Part shown: positions 19,557-30,940 of the stretch, piece by piece
Layout of the letters: each line of letters starts with the position of its first letter
Numbering within the stretch: position 1 is the first letter of the stretch
Assembly: GCA_003539625.1 (NCBI GenBank)
Contig: DPOU01000027.1
Coordinates: forward strand, 53,332-117,331
From: Acholeplasmatales bacterium
GTDB lineage: Bacteria; Bacillota_I; Bacilli_A; ML615J-28; CAG-313
Length of the DNA: 64,000 nucleotides
Direction: 5' to 3'
The notes under the pieces: model-generated
The model's input: the letters and a program-made list of their open reading frames with translations, nothing else
Database searches by the model: none
What the model was told of the DNA's origin: nothing
Made by a program: the position numbers and the translations under genes

Positions 19557-21935
19557 TTGATCAGAATTACAAGCAATAATGTATGCTTTTAATTTTTCGA
19601 GATTACTATAATTAACATTACCATCATCAATTAATTTTAGGCAATCGTTCATTAGGTATTCATTAATCTTATTGCTATCAACAATATTGTTAACAGCTGT
19701 AATGTAATAGTAATAAACACAATTCTTTTCCGCATTGCTAAGTTTAGATGCATCTTCTAAATATTGATGATAGAGTTCTAGAGTAGGTTTATAACTAGTA
19801 CCACCTTCATCTAGATAGTAAGGTTTTGTTGCCTTTAGTGTATAAATAGTATTGTAACTATTTTCATCGAAGAAAATATCCTCATCTGTATCAATAAATG
19901 TTAATGAATTTACAGAAGTAGTAACATTGTTTACTTTAAATGTATATCCTTTAGATAAATCTTGACCGGTTAAATCTTGATGATGTGTTGTGCGGTAACC
20001 AATGATTTCTCGATATTGTTTACGTAAGTGATTCATCATTTCATCAGTAGCATCTTGATTATAAGTATAATTATAAGCACTACCTATTTTTAAGATAATG
20101 TTTTTGGCTTTATAACTAGACCAAATACTTTCAGAATACTTAGATGCTTGATTATATTCTTGTTTAATAGTTTTTAAAGCATTCGCAACAGATGTACCTT
20201 TTTTGAAACGTTTTTCAACTTCTTCATATACTTTAAGTACTAGTTGTTTTAATAAATTAGCTTTTTCATCATCTTTTGATATTTCATCAGCAGTACCATC
20301 TAAGTCTAAATCATAATAAGCGCTAACGGATACACCATTTAAGTAGATATAGTCATTGAAAACTTTTTCCATTTCAGTTTGAATAGCATTATCTTTACCA
20401 TCAACTAGATATAGGTTTTCTTTATATTTACCTAACTCGGTATTATATAGTGAATTATCTGGATTTAATAGAATACTTTCTTCCGATAATAATCCTAAAT
20501 AATCACGAACAAAGTTTAACCATCCATAAGAACTAGGATAAGACAATGATTCATAAGAATTATTTTCAAATTCAGTTTTATATTTTTGAATGTCGGATGC
20601 ATAGTATTTATTATATTTATCTATATCTAAGATTTTTAAAGTAATTAAATCAATAACGCCATTATCTTTTAATACTAAGTATTGTTTCATATATAAAGCT
20701 GATAAATATTCGCCATAGAAAGAAGTTAATAATTGATACATTTTGTCAGCACTTACGTAAATTGTTTCACCATTTTTAACATAGCTAAATACGTTATCTT
20801 TATTAGTAACTGTATTCTTTACAAAAGCGGTATAATCATCAGTTCCTTTACCTAACATACTATTTACATAATCGTATTGTAATTTATAAGTATTTTGAAT
20901 ACCTGAATCGAATATTTTTAATCCTGAATTAATTTCAAAATTAATGATACTTAAAGAAGCATAGGCACTAGAAACTTCAGTTTCAATCAAATCGTTGATT
21001 ATTTCTTGTTCTTTTTCTTCAAATGTTACAGTATTTCCCTTTTCATCAAGATTGCCAGTTTCACTTACTTTATAAACTAGGTAAGTTCCGCCATCATATG
21101 TTTTAGGAGTTCCAGTATAAGAAGAAGCACTAAAATCGTAAATATCACTTGCAAGTGCAGAACTAATTTTCTTTAAATCACTAAGTTTATAAGTTTTAAC
21201 ATTAGATGTTCCAGTTTCAGTATTGTAATAATCACTGTACATCAATTCAAATTTTGCTAAAACCTCTTCATTAGTGTAAATCTTAGAACCATCAATACTT
21301 TGCCATTTTTCTCTAGTTGTATTAATGTCATATTTTGTCATAAATGATTTAGCTTCAGTTGCGGAAGTAAATTTAATAATAATTAAATCATTTTCTTTTG
21401 GATATTTGTTATTAAATTCTGATTCTTTTCTTGCCTTACTGAAGTAATCACTTGAAAGATTGTTAATATAACAATTTTTAGCATATACATAACGTTTATA
21501 ACGTATGCGATAGAAAGATTTGTAATAGTTTACATCATTTTCATTTTTACTAAGACAATATAATGTAAGTTCATCTAAGAACTTATTTAATAGTTCTTCA
21601 GAAGGTTCTTCATCTTGATAAATAATTTTGTTAAGATATTCTTCAAACCCTTCTTCGCTATAATCATTAGGTAGTAAATCATCATCGATAATATTCATCA
21701 TCATATCAACACCATATGAATTTAATAGTTGATGATATGCTTGATTAGCTGTTACATTAAAATCGTTAATTTTAAGGAAAGTTGCATCAGGAGTACTAAT
21801 TGTAGGAATCTCCAGGAGTAGTGGGTCTCCTGGAGTTGTTTCCGCATCTTTTTTACACTTTTTACAACTAGCACAAGCTAATAAGCAACTTGATATTAGA
21901 ATAAAACAAATTATTTTAGTTAACTTATGCTTCAT
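19551..21935 (-). CDS. Large lipoprotein (794 aa) of unknown function, paralog of the next gene
   Basis: Lipobox LLAC. Shares motif blocks with the 1082-aa protein (YYASDIQKY.. vs ..KNYFALDYF; SYPSSYGWLNFVRDYLGLLSEE vs SPYNFDSSYGWDNFIKDYYGVSEE). The N-terminal segment is SurA_N/PrsA-like. Confidence 0.5.
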   Translation of the reverse strand: MKHKLTKIICFILISSCLLACASCKKCKKDAETTPGDPLLLEIPTISTPDATFLKINDFNVTANQAYHQLLNSYGVDMMMNIIDDDLLPNDYSEEGFEEYLNKIIYQDEEPSEELLNKFLDELTLYCLSKNENDVNYYKSFYRIRYKRYVYAKNCYINNLSSDYFSKARKESEFNNKYPKENDLIIIKFTSATEAKSFMTKYDINTTREKWQSIDGSKIYTNEEVLAKFELMYSDYYNTETGTSNVKTYKLSDLKKISSALASDIYDFSASSYTGTPKTYDGGTYLVYKVSETGNLDEKGNTVTFEEKEQEIINDLIETEVSSAYASLSIINFEINSGLKIFDSGIQNTYKLQYDYVNSMLGKGTDDYTAFVKNTVTNKDNVFSYVKNGETIYVSADKMYQLLTSFYGEYLSALYMKQYLVLKDNGVIDLITLKILDIDKYNKYYASDIQKYKTEFENNSYESLSYPSSYGWLNFVRDYLGLLSEESILLNPDNSLYNTELGKYKENLYLVDGKDNAIQTEMEKVFNDYIYLNGVSVSAYYDLDLDGTADEISKDDEKANLLKQLVLKVYEEVEKRFKKGTSVANALKTIKQEYNQASKYSESIWSSYKAKNIILKIGSAYNYTYNQDATDEMMNHLRKQYREIIGYRTTHHQDLTGQDLSKGYTFKVNNVTTSVNSLTFIDTDEDIFFDENSYNTIYTLKATKPYYLDEGGTSYKPTLELYHQYLEDASKLSNAEKNCVYYYYITAVNNIVDSNKINEYLMNDCLKLIDDGNVNYSNLEKLKAYIIACNSDQK

Positions 21936-21946
21936 AAAATACCTCT

Positions 21947-24900
21947 TTATTTTTCTTCGTTATAGCTTTCAATAAGATTGTTGATATATAATCTTAATTG
22001 ATCTTTGTTAAATGTAGAAGCAAATTTGATATTATCTTTATCTAATTCAACAAGTAAATCATTTAAAAGAGAAGTAATAACAAGTGAAGAAGTGTTCTTT
22101 TCGATATCTGGGTCAGTAGAACCATCTACATCATCAACTGATTCAACCCATTTATCAATCTTTTTCTTTAAAGTGTCACTCATTTTGTAGTTTTCATCTA
22201 CTATATCAGTAGCATATTTTTGAGCAATTTCTAAATATTTAGTAATTTCAGCTTTGGCTAAATTTAATTCAGCATTGTAAGATTCACGTAAAGTCTTATT
22301 AGATTTAACATTATCGCTATCTAAAGATTTTGTAACTGATTCAATTGTTTCACGATTAGCTTCAACGATTGCCATAGCACGGTATAATTCAAATTCATCA
22401 GCAGTTGGGGCATCAACAGGTTGACGGAAATCAGTAACAACTACAGCGTGGTATCCGTATGGGCTAGAGAATGCATATTTACCACTTTCAACAACATCAT
22501 ATAACATATTATGAGTTTCAGTTAAACCTTCTTCGCTTTCTTTAGCTACAGCCCACATTTTGTGCATTGCTTCATGAAATTCATCAACTAAACTATCACA
22601 TTGGTCGAATGTAGATTTTTCAAGTTTTACGAATAAACCAGCTTTTTTGAATTCTGCAAATAAGTTAGTTAAAGCCTCATTGCTTTCATCTGTATTTGTA
22701 CGGCATGATGCTTGATTGTAAATTTTTACCATTTCTTCAAGTTTTTCATAACGAGTCTTTTCTTTTCCATCTTCGCCATTTTCGATTAAGTCTTCTTTAG
22801 TCATAAATATTTCAGCAAGTTTATATGCTAATTGAATTTGTTCAGCACTCCAATTTTCTTCAGTAACATCTTCAGTATTACTTGCGGAAATCTTAGTGTC
22901 TGGTGTTCCATCATAATCATAGTCAACATAGATTACAACATTTAAAACATCAACATCATATAATTTATCTGGATTATTACGTTTTTTGATTTGTTCATTA
23001 ATAATATCATAAGTAATAACTTTATTACGATAAGTTCTTAAAGAATCAGCGTAGATACGACCTTGAGAACCAAATACTGATGAAAGAAGAAGTAAATCTT
23101 TTTCTTCGCTAACACCATAATAGTCTTTAATGAAGTTGTCCCAACCATAAGAACTATCGAAGTTGTATGGAGAAACACGGAAATAATAATATCCATAGTA
23201 ATTTGCAAAATAATCTAATGCAAAGTAATTCTTAACGCTATTAACATCAGCTTTAACAGCTTTATTAACATATTTTTTATTAATTTTATTAGTCCAAGGA
23301 TTATAAAGTACATTATCTTTTAATATTTGATATCTATTAATAGATGATGTTGCATAGATTGAACTATACTTAGTTTCTAATGAAGCGAATAAGTCATCAG
23401 CAGTGATGCTTAATTCATCAATTTTTGCGACAACAGTTTTACTCTTTTTCTTGTTTAATTTGTATTCAGCAAAATCAGTAACTTTTAAAGTTTGATAGCA
23501 AGTTTCATATGCAAATTGATATAATCTTTCAAGATAATGATCGTAGAAAACAATGTTGTGTTTAGCACGTTCTTCAAAATAATATCTTTCTAAAGAGTAA
23601 TTAGCTGAATATAAAGCTTTAGTTAAATCTTCTTTAATCTTATCATGTAATTCTTCAAGTGTTTTACCATCTTCATTACCAACTTTTATTATTAAATAAT
23701 AATATTTATTTGAAGAAGATGAAGAAGATAATGATGTAGGTTTAATTGTATAAGCACCTGGATAAGTACCAAGTTTTAAAGTCTTTAACACATATTTACC
23801 TAAATCAGTTGTATCATCATATGACCAAACAAATTTAGAATGTTCATTACCCATTTCATTATTTAATGAGAATGTCCAGTTATTACCAGATTCAGCTGTT
23901 AATGTTGTTTCGAAAGGTTCAGTGATTTCTTCTGCTTCAGGTTTTACAACAATACTATATGAAACAGAAACATGGTTTTCTTCATCGTCTGCAAAAGAGA
24001 TTGTTGCAGAAAGGTTAATTGAAGTGGAACTTCCTTCTTCAGGAACAACAACTTCTAATTTACCATTAGGAATTTCAACTTCCTTAGTTTCGTCGCCATC
24101 TTTAATTTTTTGTACCCATTTGATATTAGCAGTTTTACTAACATCTGAAAGTTGAATTGTTGTAGGTAAATCAATGTTTTGTTTTACTGTAGCATATGAT
24201 TGCATCTTAACATTTAATACTTTCTTCATTTTTGCAAGAGTTTTAACTGCATCATATTCTAAAGTATACTTTTCAGAAGTAATAATATCAGAACCTGTGT
24301 AGTAACCAAGAACTTCATTATACATATCACAGAAAATCTTCATGATTTCATCTTCTGTAAAGTAATCAGTTTCTTTTGGCTTTTCAGTTCCTTTTTCATC
24401 AAAAGTGCTCTTTACCCAACCATCTGTGTAAGTACCAAGAACTTCTGTATTGATTCCATAAGAAGCCATTAACTTTTTGGCTGCTTCTTCACTAGTAAAT
24501 GGAATTACAATTGCGATTGCATTTTTACCACCATTAGTTGCGTTTTCACCATAAGTGTTCTTATATTCATTTTTGATTTCATCTTCACTAATGACATCAG
24601 CACCAGCTTCTAACCCTTTTTCAATACGATAGTTAGCTAAGAATTGTTTGATAGCCCATTGTTCTCTAGCGTATTCAAGTTTGTAAGAATTAGCTAATTT
24701 TACCCAAGCAGCAGTAGTAGTATCATCAAATTTATCTTTTGCAGCATCTGCATCTGCTTTAGTAATTGTGGCACTAATAACTGCAGAATCTAGTAATTCA
24801 TTCCATGCTTTTTTCTTATCATCATCAGTTTTAGATTCTGAGAAGAATTTGTCATTTAAGAACTTAACGTATTTTTCGCTATCAATATTAACTTGGTTAA

Positions 24901-25195
24901 CTTCATCTTTGAAGATAAGTTCATCAATTTGACGAATAACTTCAGTTAGACCATAGTCCTTTCTTAAAGTTTCATACATTTCTTCTCTAGTAACACGATA
25001 GTTACCAAATTGTAAGTATGTATCATCAGGACTTGTAACCTTAGGGTTATTGCCTTTATTGTTACCGATGATAACTAAAGTTATACCGATTACAATAAAT
25101 AGGACAATACAAACAAGTACTGGAAGAACCGCTTTAAATGCCTTATTAGGAGTTAGCGGTTGTTTAGGTTGTTTTTTTTCTTTTCCTTTTTTCAT
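21947..25195 (-). CDS. Large N-terminally membrane-anchored extracytoplasmic protein (1082 aa), paralog of 19551-21935, with a possible SurA/PrsA-like N-domain and degenerate parvulin-like remnants
   Basis: TM segment at residues 22-45. NYRVTREEMYETLRKDYGLTEVIRQIDELIFKDEV resembles the SurA/PrsA N-domain. YGYHAVVVTDFR resembles the parvulin C-terminal FGYHIIKV block. Ser-rich linker. Confidence 0.45.
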   Translation of the reverse strand: MKKGKEKKQPKQPLTPNKAFKAVLPVLVCIVLFIVIGITLVIIGNNKGNNPKVTSPDDTYLQFGNYRVTREEMYETLRKDYGLTEVIRQIDELIFKDEVNQVNIDSEKYVKFLNDKFFSESKTDDDKKKAWNELLDSAVISATITKADADAAKDKFDDTTTAAWVKLANSYKLEYAREQWAIKQFLANYRIEKGLEAGADVISEDEIKNEYKNTYGENATNGGKNAIAIVIPFTSEEAAKKLMASYGINTEVLGTYTDGWVKSTFDEKGTEKPKETDYFTEDEIMKIFCDMYNEVLGYYTGSDIITSEKYTLEYDAVKTLAKMKKVLNVKMQSYATVKQNIDLPTTIQLSDVSKTANIKWVQKIKDGDETKEVEIPNGKLEVVVPEEGSSTSINLSATISFADDEENHVSVSYSIVVKPEAEEITEPFETTLTAESGNNWTFSLNNEMGNEHSKFVWSYDDTTDLGKYVLKTLKLGTYPGAYTIKPTSLSSSSSSNKYYYLIIKVGNEDGKTLEELHDKIKEDLTKALYSANYSLERYYFEERAKHNIVFYDHYLERLYQFAYETCYQTLKVTDFAEYKLNKKKSKTVVAKIDELSITADDLFASLETKYSSIYATSSINRYQILKDNVLYNPWTNKINKKYVNKAVKADVNSVKNYFALDYFANYYGYYYFRVSPYNFDSSYGWDNFIKDYYGVSEEKDLLLLSSVFGSQGRIYADSLRTYRNKVITYDIINEQIKKRNNPDKLYDVDVLNVVIYVDYDYDGTPDTKISASNTEDVTEENWSAEQIQLAYKLAEIFMTKEDLIENGEDGKEKTRYEKLEEMVKIYNQASCRTNTDESNEALTNLFAEFKKAGLFVKLEKSTFDQCDSLVDEFHEAMHKMWAVAKESEEGLTETHNMLYDVVESGKYAFSSPYGYHAVVVTDFRQPVDAPTADEFELYRAMAIVEANRETIESVTKSLDSDNVKSNKTLRESYNAELNLAKAEITKYLEIAQKYATDIVDENYKMSDTLKKKIDKWVESVDDVDGSTDPDIEKNTSSLVITSLLNDLLVELDKDNIKFASTFNKDQLRLYINNLIESYNEEK

Positions 25196-25460
25196 TTTTG
25201 TATCCTTTCTTAAAAAGTAAATTTAAACATATATATTTTACCATTTTTTCTTTATTTTTTCAAATAAAAATATAGAAAATATTAAACTAAATACTATCTT
25301 TTTTGATAGTTGATATGCTTATGTGAAATTTATCTGAAGTTTTTTTAAATTGAAGCGAGAAATTGAAAATATTGGGCTATTATAATTAGCAAAAAAAATC
25401 TTCCTACATAAACTATAATGTAAAATAATGGTGGTTTTCACTATGGAAAGGAGGAGTATT

Positions 25461-25550
25461 ATGAATCAATGCCGTGGTGAATATGGATATGCGTTCATAT
25501 TAGTTCTATTTATTTTACTAGCAATTATTGGCGCATGTTGGGGCTTTTAA
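25461..25550 (+). CDS. YjcZ-family small membrane peptide (29 aa), absent from the ORF track
   Basis: MNQCRGEYGYAFILVLFILLAIIGACWGF has the GYG..ALIVVLFILLIIVG pattern of YjcZ-like sporulation peptides. AGGAGG RBS 6 nt upstream. Terminator immediately downstream. Confidence 0.55.
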   Translation: MNQCRGEYGYAFILVLFILLAIIGACWGF

Positions 25551-25563
25551 TTCCAACTTCTTA

Positions 25564-25594
25564 AACCTCTGAAAAAGAGGTTTTTAATTTTTTA
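25564..25594 (+). terminator. Rho-independent terminator
   Basis: aaacctct gaaaa agaggttt followed by ttaattttt. Confidence 0.7.
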
Positions 25595-25680
25595 AAAAGA
25601 AAATAAGTGTTCAAGTTTATTATTCATATGTTTGCTAAAAGAAATTCTTTATGATATAATAACTCATTAGTGAGGAAAGT

Positions 25681-26469
25681 ATGAAAGTAGTTATTTTAGC
25701 AAGTGGATCAAAAGGTAATGCCACATATATAGAAACACAAAATACTAAATTATTGATTGATGCTGGAATAAGCTATCAACAAATTAAGAATCGATTAGCT
25801 CAACGGAATATCGTATTAAATAATTTGGATGCTATTCTTGTTACCCATGAGCATACTGATCATGTTAAATATTTGGTTTCGGTTGCAACTAGAACTAACG
25901 CCACCATATATATGAGCGAACCAACATATTACTGTGTTAATCAAAAATATAGTGGTGGGTTAGGAAATCTTAAAGTAGGATTAATCAAAAGTAATTGTAA
26001 ATATGAATTAAATGATTTGATATATGTTCCACTTGAATTATCACATGATGCAAGTTCTTGTTATGGATATGTTATAAAAGAAAAATGCGCTGGTAATGCT
26101 ACATATGGTTATATTACAGATACAGGATATATTCCTGAACAATACTTATCACTAATATCAAGATTACAAGTTATATCACTAGAATCAAATCACGATGTAG
26201 CAAAACTAAAGGCTAGCAAAAGACCTTGGCCTTTAATTAAACGTATCCTTTCTACTGAAGGTCACTTATCTAATTTACAATGTTCAAATTATTTGAAAGA
26301 TTTTGATTTTAGATATGTTAAAACTGTCATTCTATCTCATTTAAGTGAAGAGTGTAATAGTGAAACATTAGCTATGAGAGCTGTTAACGAAGTTTTTGAT
26401 GGTGATATTCCCTGCGAACTTTTAATTGCTAAACAGGATGAACCATTGGACGTAATAGAGGTAAAGTAA
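25681..26469 (+). CDS. MBL-fold metallo-hydrolase (YycJ/WalJ-like)
   Basis: THEHTDH motif with YycJ-like N-terminus MKVVILASGSKGNATYIE. Followed by rlmH as in B. subtilis yycJ...yydA. Confidence 0.7.
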   Translation: MKVVILASGSKGNATYIETQNTKLLIDAGISYQQIKNRLAQRNIVLNNLDAILVTHEHTDHVKYLVSVATRTNATIYMSEPTYYCVNQKYSGGLGNLKVGLIKSNCKYELNDLIYVPLELSHDASSCYGYVIKEKCAGNATYGYITDTGYIPEQYLSLISRLQVISLESNHDVAKLKASKRPWPLIKRILSTEGHLSNLQCSNYLKDFDFRYVKTVILSHLSEECNSETLAMRAVNEVFDGDIPCELLIAKQDEPLDVIEVK

Positions 26470-26928
26470 ATGATAAAAGTTGTTTGCGTCGGAAAAATAA
26501 AAGAAAACTATTTAGTCGATGGTATAAAAGAATATCTTAAAAGAATTGAAGGATTTCAAAAAATAGAGGTTGTTGAAGTTAAGGAGTATAATTTATCAGA
26601 TATTTCAAAAAATATCGATAATGAAGGAGAAAATATTTTAGAAAAAATTACTAAAGATGAGTATGTTATAACCTTAGAAATAAGTGGGAAAAAACTTGAT
26701 AGTATTGAATTAAGTAAACTGATCCATGATTTACCAACTTATGGTAATTCCAAAATTACCTTTGTTATTGGTGGTTCTAATGGTATAAGTGAAAAAGTTA
26801 AAAAACGTAGTAACTATCAATTATCTTTTTCAGATATGACATTTCCCCATCAATTGATGCGATTAATTCTATTAGAACAAATTTATCGTGCATTAACAAT
26901 TATTAATCATAAAGAATATCACAAATAG
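26470..26928 (+). CDS. rlmH: 23S rRNA (pseudouridine1915-N3)-methyltransferase RlmH
   Basis: SPOUT fold RlmH signature, 152 aa. Start overlaps the upstream stop. Confidence 0.85.
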   Translation: MIKVVCVGKIKENYLVDGIKEYLKRIEGFQKIEVVEVKEYNLSDISKNIDNEGENILEKITKDEYVITLEISGKKLDSIELSKLIHDLPTYGNSKITFVIGGSNGISEKVKKRSNYQLSFSDMTFPHQLMRLILLEQIYRALTIINHKEYHK

Positions 26929-26940
26929 GAGGAACACAAG

Positions 26941-27804
26941 ATGTACAAATTTATGAGTATAGCCTATATCACTATTATTATGGGTTTTATGGTAGTTTAT
27001 ATTACCGCATTTGTTTTGAATTTAATAAGAGCAAAGAAAGTAAACAAAGAAATGAAAAAATCTTGCCGTAGTGTAAAGGGCAAAATAGTTGAAATAGTTA
27101 AAGAAAAGAAAAGAGTATTTATTAGAGTTGAATATACTTCACCTAGTAATTATACAAAATTTGTTGACTACTTTGATTTAACCGAAAAAGAATTTAATGA
27201 TCAATATTATGTTGACCAAGAAGTTGAAATATATTACCCAGAAATTGAAAATTGGAAACGAGTTACATGCTTTCCAACATATCTTGAAGGACAACCAATT
27301 AAGGTTGAAAAAGGCCCTCTTGTAACTGATGCAATGTTTGCTATTGTTGGTATGATGATGGCAGGATGGGTATTATCTACCGCAATTCTTCTAAAAGTTA
27401 ATTTAGGTACAACTTTATTTAATGATGCTAATTTTTCTAATAGCAATATGAGTAGTTGCACTCAATCAAATCCAATAATGTATTTATTACCACTTCTTTT
27501 ATACGTATTTACTATTCCGTATATCATTGAAAGATTTACTATGGCTGATCGTGATCAAAACCAAAGCTACTTAAAGATGTATGGTGTTAAATGTATGGCT
27601 GAAGTTAAAACATTTAAACTAGGTCGTACTAAAAACCAAAAAGGTGTAAAAGAATCAATAATGGAAATTGAGTTTTACAATAACAAAGGTGAAAAAATTA
27701 AAGCAAATTTAAATTCCTTTATGTATACCGAAACTCAAGAACAATATGTAAATATTTTATACGATGTTCATCATCCTAAGAATGTTGTATATATGAGAAA
27801 GTAA
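26941..27804 (+). CDS. Membrane protein with two DUF3592-like beta domains
   Basis: A TM segment precedes each of two repeats of the pattern GKIVEI..V.I.VEYTSP...EF....V.IYYP. Confidence 0.4.
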   Translation: MYKFMSIAYITIIMGFMVVYITAFVLNLIRAKKVNKEMKKSCRSVKGKIVEIVKEKKRVFIRVEYTSPSNYTKFVDYFDLTEKEFNDQYYVDQEVEIYYPEIENWKRVTCFPTYLEGQPIKVEKGPLVTDAMFAIVGMMMAGWVLSTAILLKVNLGTTLFNDANFSNSNMSSCTQSNPIMYLLPLLLYVFTIPYIIERFTMADRDQNQSYLKMYGVKCMAEVKTFKLGRTKNQKGVKESIMEIEFYNNKGEKIKANLNSFMYTETQEQYVNILYDVHHPKNVVYMRK

Positions 27805-27805
27805 A

Positions 27806-29791
27806 ATGGATAACTTTAAACTAGTTGCTCCCTACAAACCAATGGGAGATCAAATTGAGGCAATAAAGCGATTATCAGAAAATATAGAATTAGGTGTAAC
27901 CGAACAAACTTTGTTAGGTGCAACTGGTACTGGTAAAACTTTTACAATAGCAAATGTTATAGCAAATGTAAATAAACCAACTTTAGTATTAGCACATAAT
28001 AAAACTTTAGCTGGTCAATTATATGCAGAATTAAAAAGTTTATTTCCAGAAAATAGAGTAGAGTATTTTATTTCATATTATGATTATTATCAACCAGAAG
28101 CATATGTACCTAGTAAAGATATGTATATTGAAAAAGACTCTAGTATTAATGATGAAATTGACCAAATGCGTCATGCCGCAACCGCAAGTATTTTAGAAAG
28201 AAAAGATACAATAATAGTTGCTTCAGTATCATGTATTTATGGTATTGGTGACCCTGATGATTATGAAAACTCAATGTTAGTTATTAGAAAAGCCGAAAAA
28301 CTAGAACGAAAAGATTTATTGGAAAAATTAGTATCAATGCAATTTGTTAGAAATTCAATGGAATTTGCAAGAGGTAGTTTTAGAGTAAAAGGTGATAATG
28401 TAGACATATTACCAGTTTCTGAACATGACCACGGAATTAGAATAACCTTTTTTGATGATGAGGTAGAACGAATTGCAATGTTTGATGTTACAACTGGAAA
28501 AGTGATTAAAATAATGGATACTGTTTCAATCTTTCCCGCAACCCACTTTGTATTAAGTGATGAAAAGAAAGAAGAAGCAATTCGTAGAATAGAAGAAGAA
28601 TTGAAAGAACAAATTGCTTATTTCACTGAAAGAGGCCAATTATTAGAAGCTGAAAGAATCGAACAACGCACAAAATATGATATTGAAATGTTGAAAGAAA
28701 TCGGTAGTTGTAGTGGCATTGAAAACTATTCAAGACATTTAAGCTTAAGAAATAAAGGTGAAACACCATCTGTCTTATTAGATTTCTTTGGTGATGATTA
28801 CCTAATGGTGATTGATGAATCACATGTAACAATACCTCAAGTAAGAGGAATGTACAATGGTGACCAAAGCAGAAAAAAGACTTTGGTAGAGTATGGCTTT
28901 AGATTACCTTCAGCACTAGATAATAGGCCACTTAATTTCGAAGAATTTCAAAGTAAAATAAAACAAGTAATATATGTTTCCGCAACCCCAGGTGATTATG
29001 AACTTTCAAGAAGTTATGAAATTGTTGAACAAATAATTAGACCTACTGGTTTACTTGATCCTATAATTGAAGTAAGACCAACTAAGAATCAAATAGACAA
29101 AATAATTGCGGATATAAAAGCACAAAATGCTAAAAACGAAAGAACATTAATTACAACTTTAACTATTAAAATGAGTGAAGATTTGACATCATATCTAAAA
29201 GAAAACGGAATAAAGGTTGCATATTTACATTCAGAAATAAAAGCTTTAGATCGTCTTGAGGTAATAAGGAAACTTAGAAAAGGTATTTATGATGTAATAG
29301 TTGGAATCAATCTACTTAGAGAAGGATTAGATATTCCAGAGGTAAGTTTAATTTGTATATTAGATGCGGATAAAGAGGGTTTCTTACGTAGTGCAAGATC
29401 ACTGATTCAAACAGTTGGCAGAGCTGCTCGTAACGCCAATGGTAAAGTAATTATGTATGCGGACACAATGACTGATTCAATGAAAGAAGCAATTGATGAG
29501 ACCGCAAGACGAAGAAAAATTCAAGAGGAATACAATAAAGAACACAATATTATTCCTACTACAATCAAAAAAGAAATCGGTGAAGTTGTTGGTAACGACA
29601 AACTAGAAAGTTTGGAAAATATTAATGCGGCCATAACTTTGGATAATTATCAAAAATTATCTAAAATTGAACAAAAGAATATTATGGAAAAATTAGAAAA
29701 ACAAATGCGTGAGGCAGCTAAAGCCCTTCAATTTGAAGAAGCAATGACTCTTCGCGATATTATATTTGAATTAAAATCCGGAGGAAAATAA
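27806..29791 (+). CDS. uvrB: Excinuclease ABC subunit B
   Basis: [17 protein letters not shown].. together with the GTGKT helicase motifs. 661 aa. Confidence 0.95.
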   Translation: MDNFKLVAPYKPMGDQIEAIKRLSENIELGVTEQTLLGATGTGKTFTIANVIANVNKPTLVLAHNKTLAGQLYAELKSLFPENRVEYFISYYDYYQPEAYVPSKDMYIEKDSSINDEIDQMRHAATASILERKDTIIVASVSCIYGIGDPDDYENSMLVIRKAEKLERKDLLEKLVSMQFVRNSMEFARGSFRVKGDNVDILPVSEHDHGIRITFFDDEVERIAMFDVTTGKVIKIMDTVSIFPATHFVLSDEKKEEAIRRIEEELKEQIAYFTERGQLLEAERIEQRTKYDIEMLKEIGSCSGIENYSRHLSLRNKGETPSVLLDFFGDDYLMVIDESHVTIPQVRGMYNGDQSRKKTLVEYGFRLPSALDNRPLNFEEFQSKIKQVIYVSATPGDYELSRSYEIVEQIIRPTGLLDPIIEVRPTKNQIDKIIADIKAQNAKNERTLITTLTIKMSEDLTSYLKENGIKVAYLHSEIKALDRLEVIRKLRKGIYDVIVGINLLREGLDIPEVSLICILDADKEGFLRSARSLIQTVGRAARNANGKVIMYADTMTDSMKEAIDETARRRKIQEEYNKEHNIIPTTIKKEIGEVVGNDKLESLENINAAITLDNYQKLSKIEQKNIMEKLEKQMREAAKALQFEEAMTLRDIIFELKSGGK

Positions 29792-29792
29792 A

Positions 29793-30923
29793 ATGTCTGA
29801 AAGAAAGCCAAAAGTTATAGTTGGTTTATCTGGGGGAGTTGATAGTAGTGTTGCTTTAATTAGATTAAAGGAACAAGGCTATGATGTTGAAGCGATGTAT
29901 ATGCGTAATTGGGATTCAGCTGTAAACAATGATGTTATGGGAAATCCTGATTTGATGGATGATGTTTGTCCCCAAGAAAGAGACTACCAAGATGCTAAAA
30001 AAGTAGCTGAGCAATTGGAAATAAAGCTACATCGAGTTGATTTTATTGAAGAATATTGGAACTCTGTATTTGCATATTTTTTATCAGAATATCGAAAAAA
30101 TCGTACTCCAAATCCTGATATTCTATGCAACAAAGAAATTAAATTTAAAACTTTTTTAGACAAAGCATTAGAACTTGGTGCAGATTATATTGCGATGGGA
30201 CATTATGCAAGAGTAATTCATAATGGCGAAAAAAACTATTTATTACGCGGTGTAGATGAGAATAAAGACCAATCTTACTTCCTATCTCAGCTAAGTAGCG
30301 AACAACTTGCTAAGGCAATGTTTCCTATTGGAGATATGGTTAAGCCTGATGTTCGTGCTCTTGCAAGAAAATATAATCTAGTAGTAGCAGACAAAAAAGA
30401 CTCTACTGGCGTATGTTTTATTGGCGAAAGAAATTTTAAAGAGTTTCTAATGAATTATATTCCCGCCAACGAAGGTGAAATAATTTCAACCGATGGTAAG
30501 GTAGTTGGACATCATGATGGTGTTATGTATTATACAATTGGACAGCGTAAAGGATTACATATTGGCGGACCAGGTGAAGCATGGTTTGTTTGTGGCAAAG
30601 ATACATTAAAGAATCAACTAATTGTTGGTCAAGGTAGTGATACTGAGTTATTATACGCAAATAGAGTAATCCTAACAGATGTTAATATTATTAATGATAG
30701 ATTAGTTCCTGGACAAAATTTGACCGCAAAATTTAGATATCGTCAACCAGATGAAGAAATAACTGTTTATCCATTAGAAGATGGTACAGTTGAAGTAAGA
30801 TGTAAAAGACCAGTTAAGGCAATTACACCAGGACAAGCATGTGTATTTTACGATGGTGAATATTGCTTAGGTGGAGGAACAATTGACAAAGTATATATGA
30901 ATGATACTTTGCGGAAATACTAA
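29793..30923 (+). CDS. mnmA: tRNA-specific 2-thiouridylase MnmA
   Basis: PP-loop SGGVDSS. 376 aa. Confidence 0.9.
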   Translation: MSERKPKVIVGLSGGVDSSVALIRLKEQGYDVEAMYMRNWDSAVNNDVMGNPDLMDDVCPQERDYQDAKKVAEQLEIKLHRVDFIEEYWNSVFAYFLSEYRKNRTPNPDILCNKEIKFKTFLDKALELGADYIAMGHYARVIHNGEKNYLLRGVDENKDQSYFLSQLSSEQLAKAMFPIGDMVKPDVRALARKYNLVVADKKDSTGVCFIGERNFKEFLMNYIPANEGEIISTDGKVVGHHDGVMYYTIGQRKGLHIGGPGEAWFVCGKDTLKNQLIVGQGSDTELLYANRVILTDVNIINDRLVPGQNLTAKFRYRQPDEEITVYPLEDGTVEVRCKRPVKAITPGQACVFYDGEYCLGGGTIDKVYMNDTLRKY

Positions 30924-30940
30924 AGAAAGAGGAAACTAAA

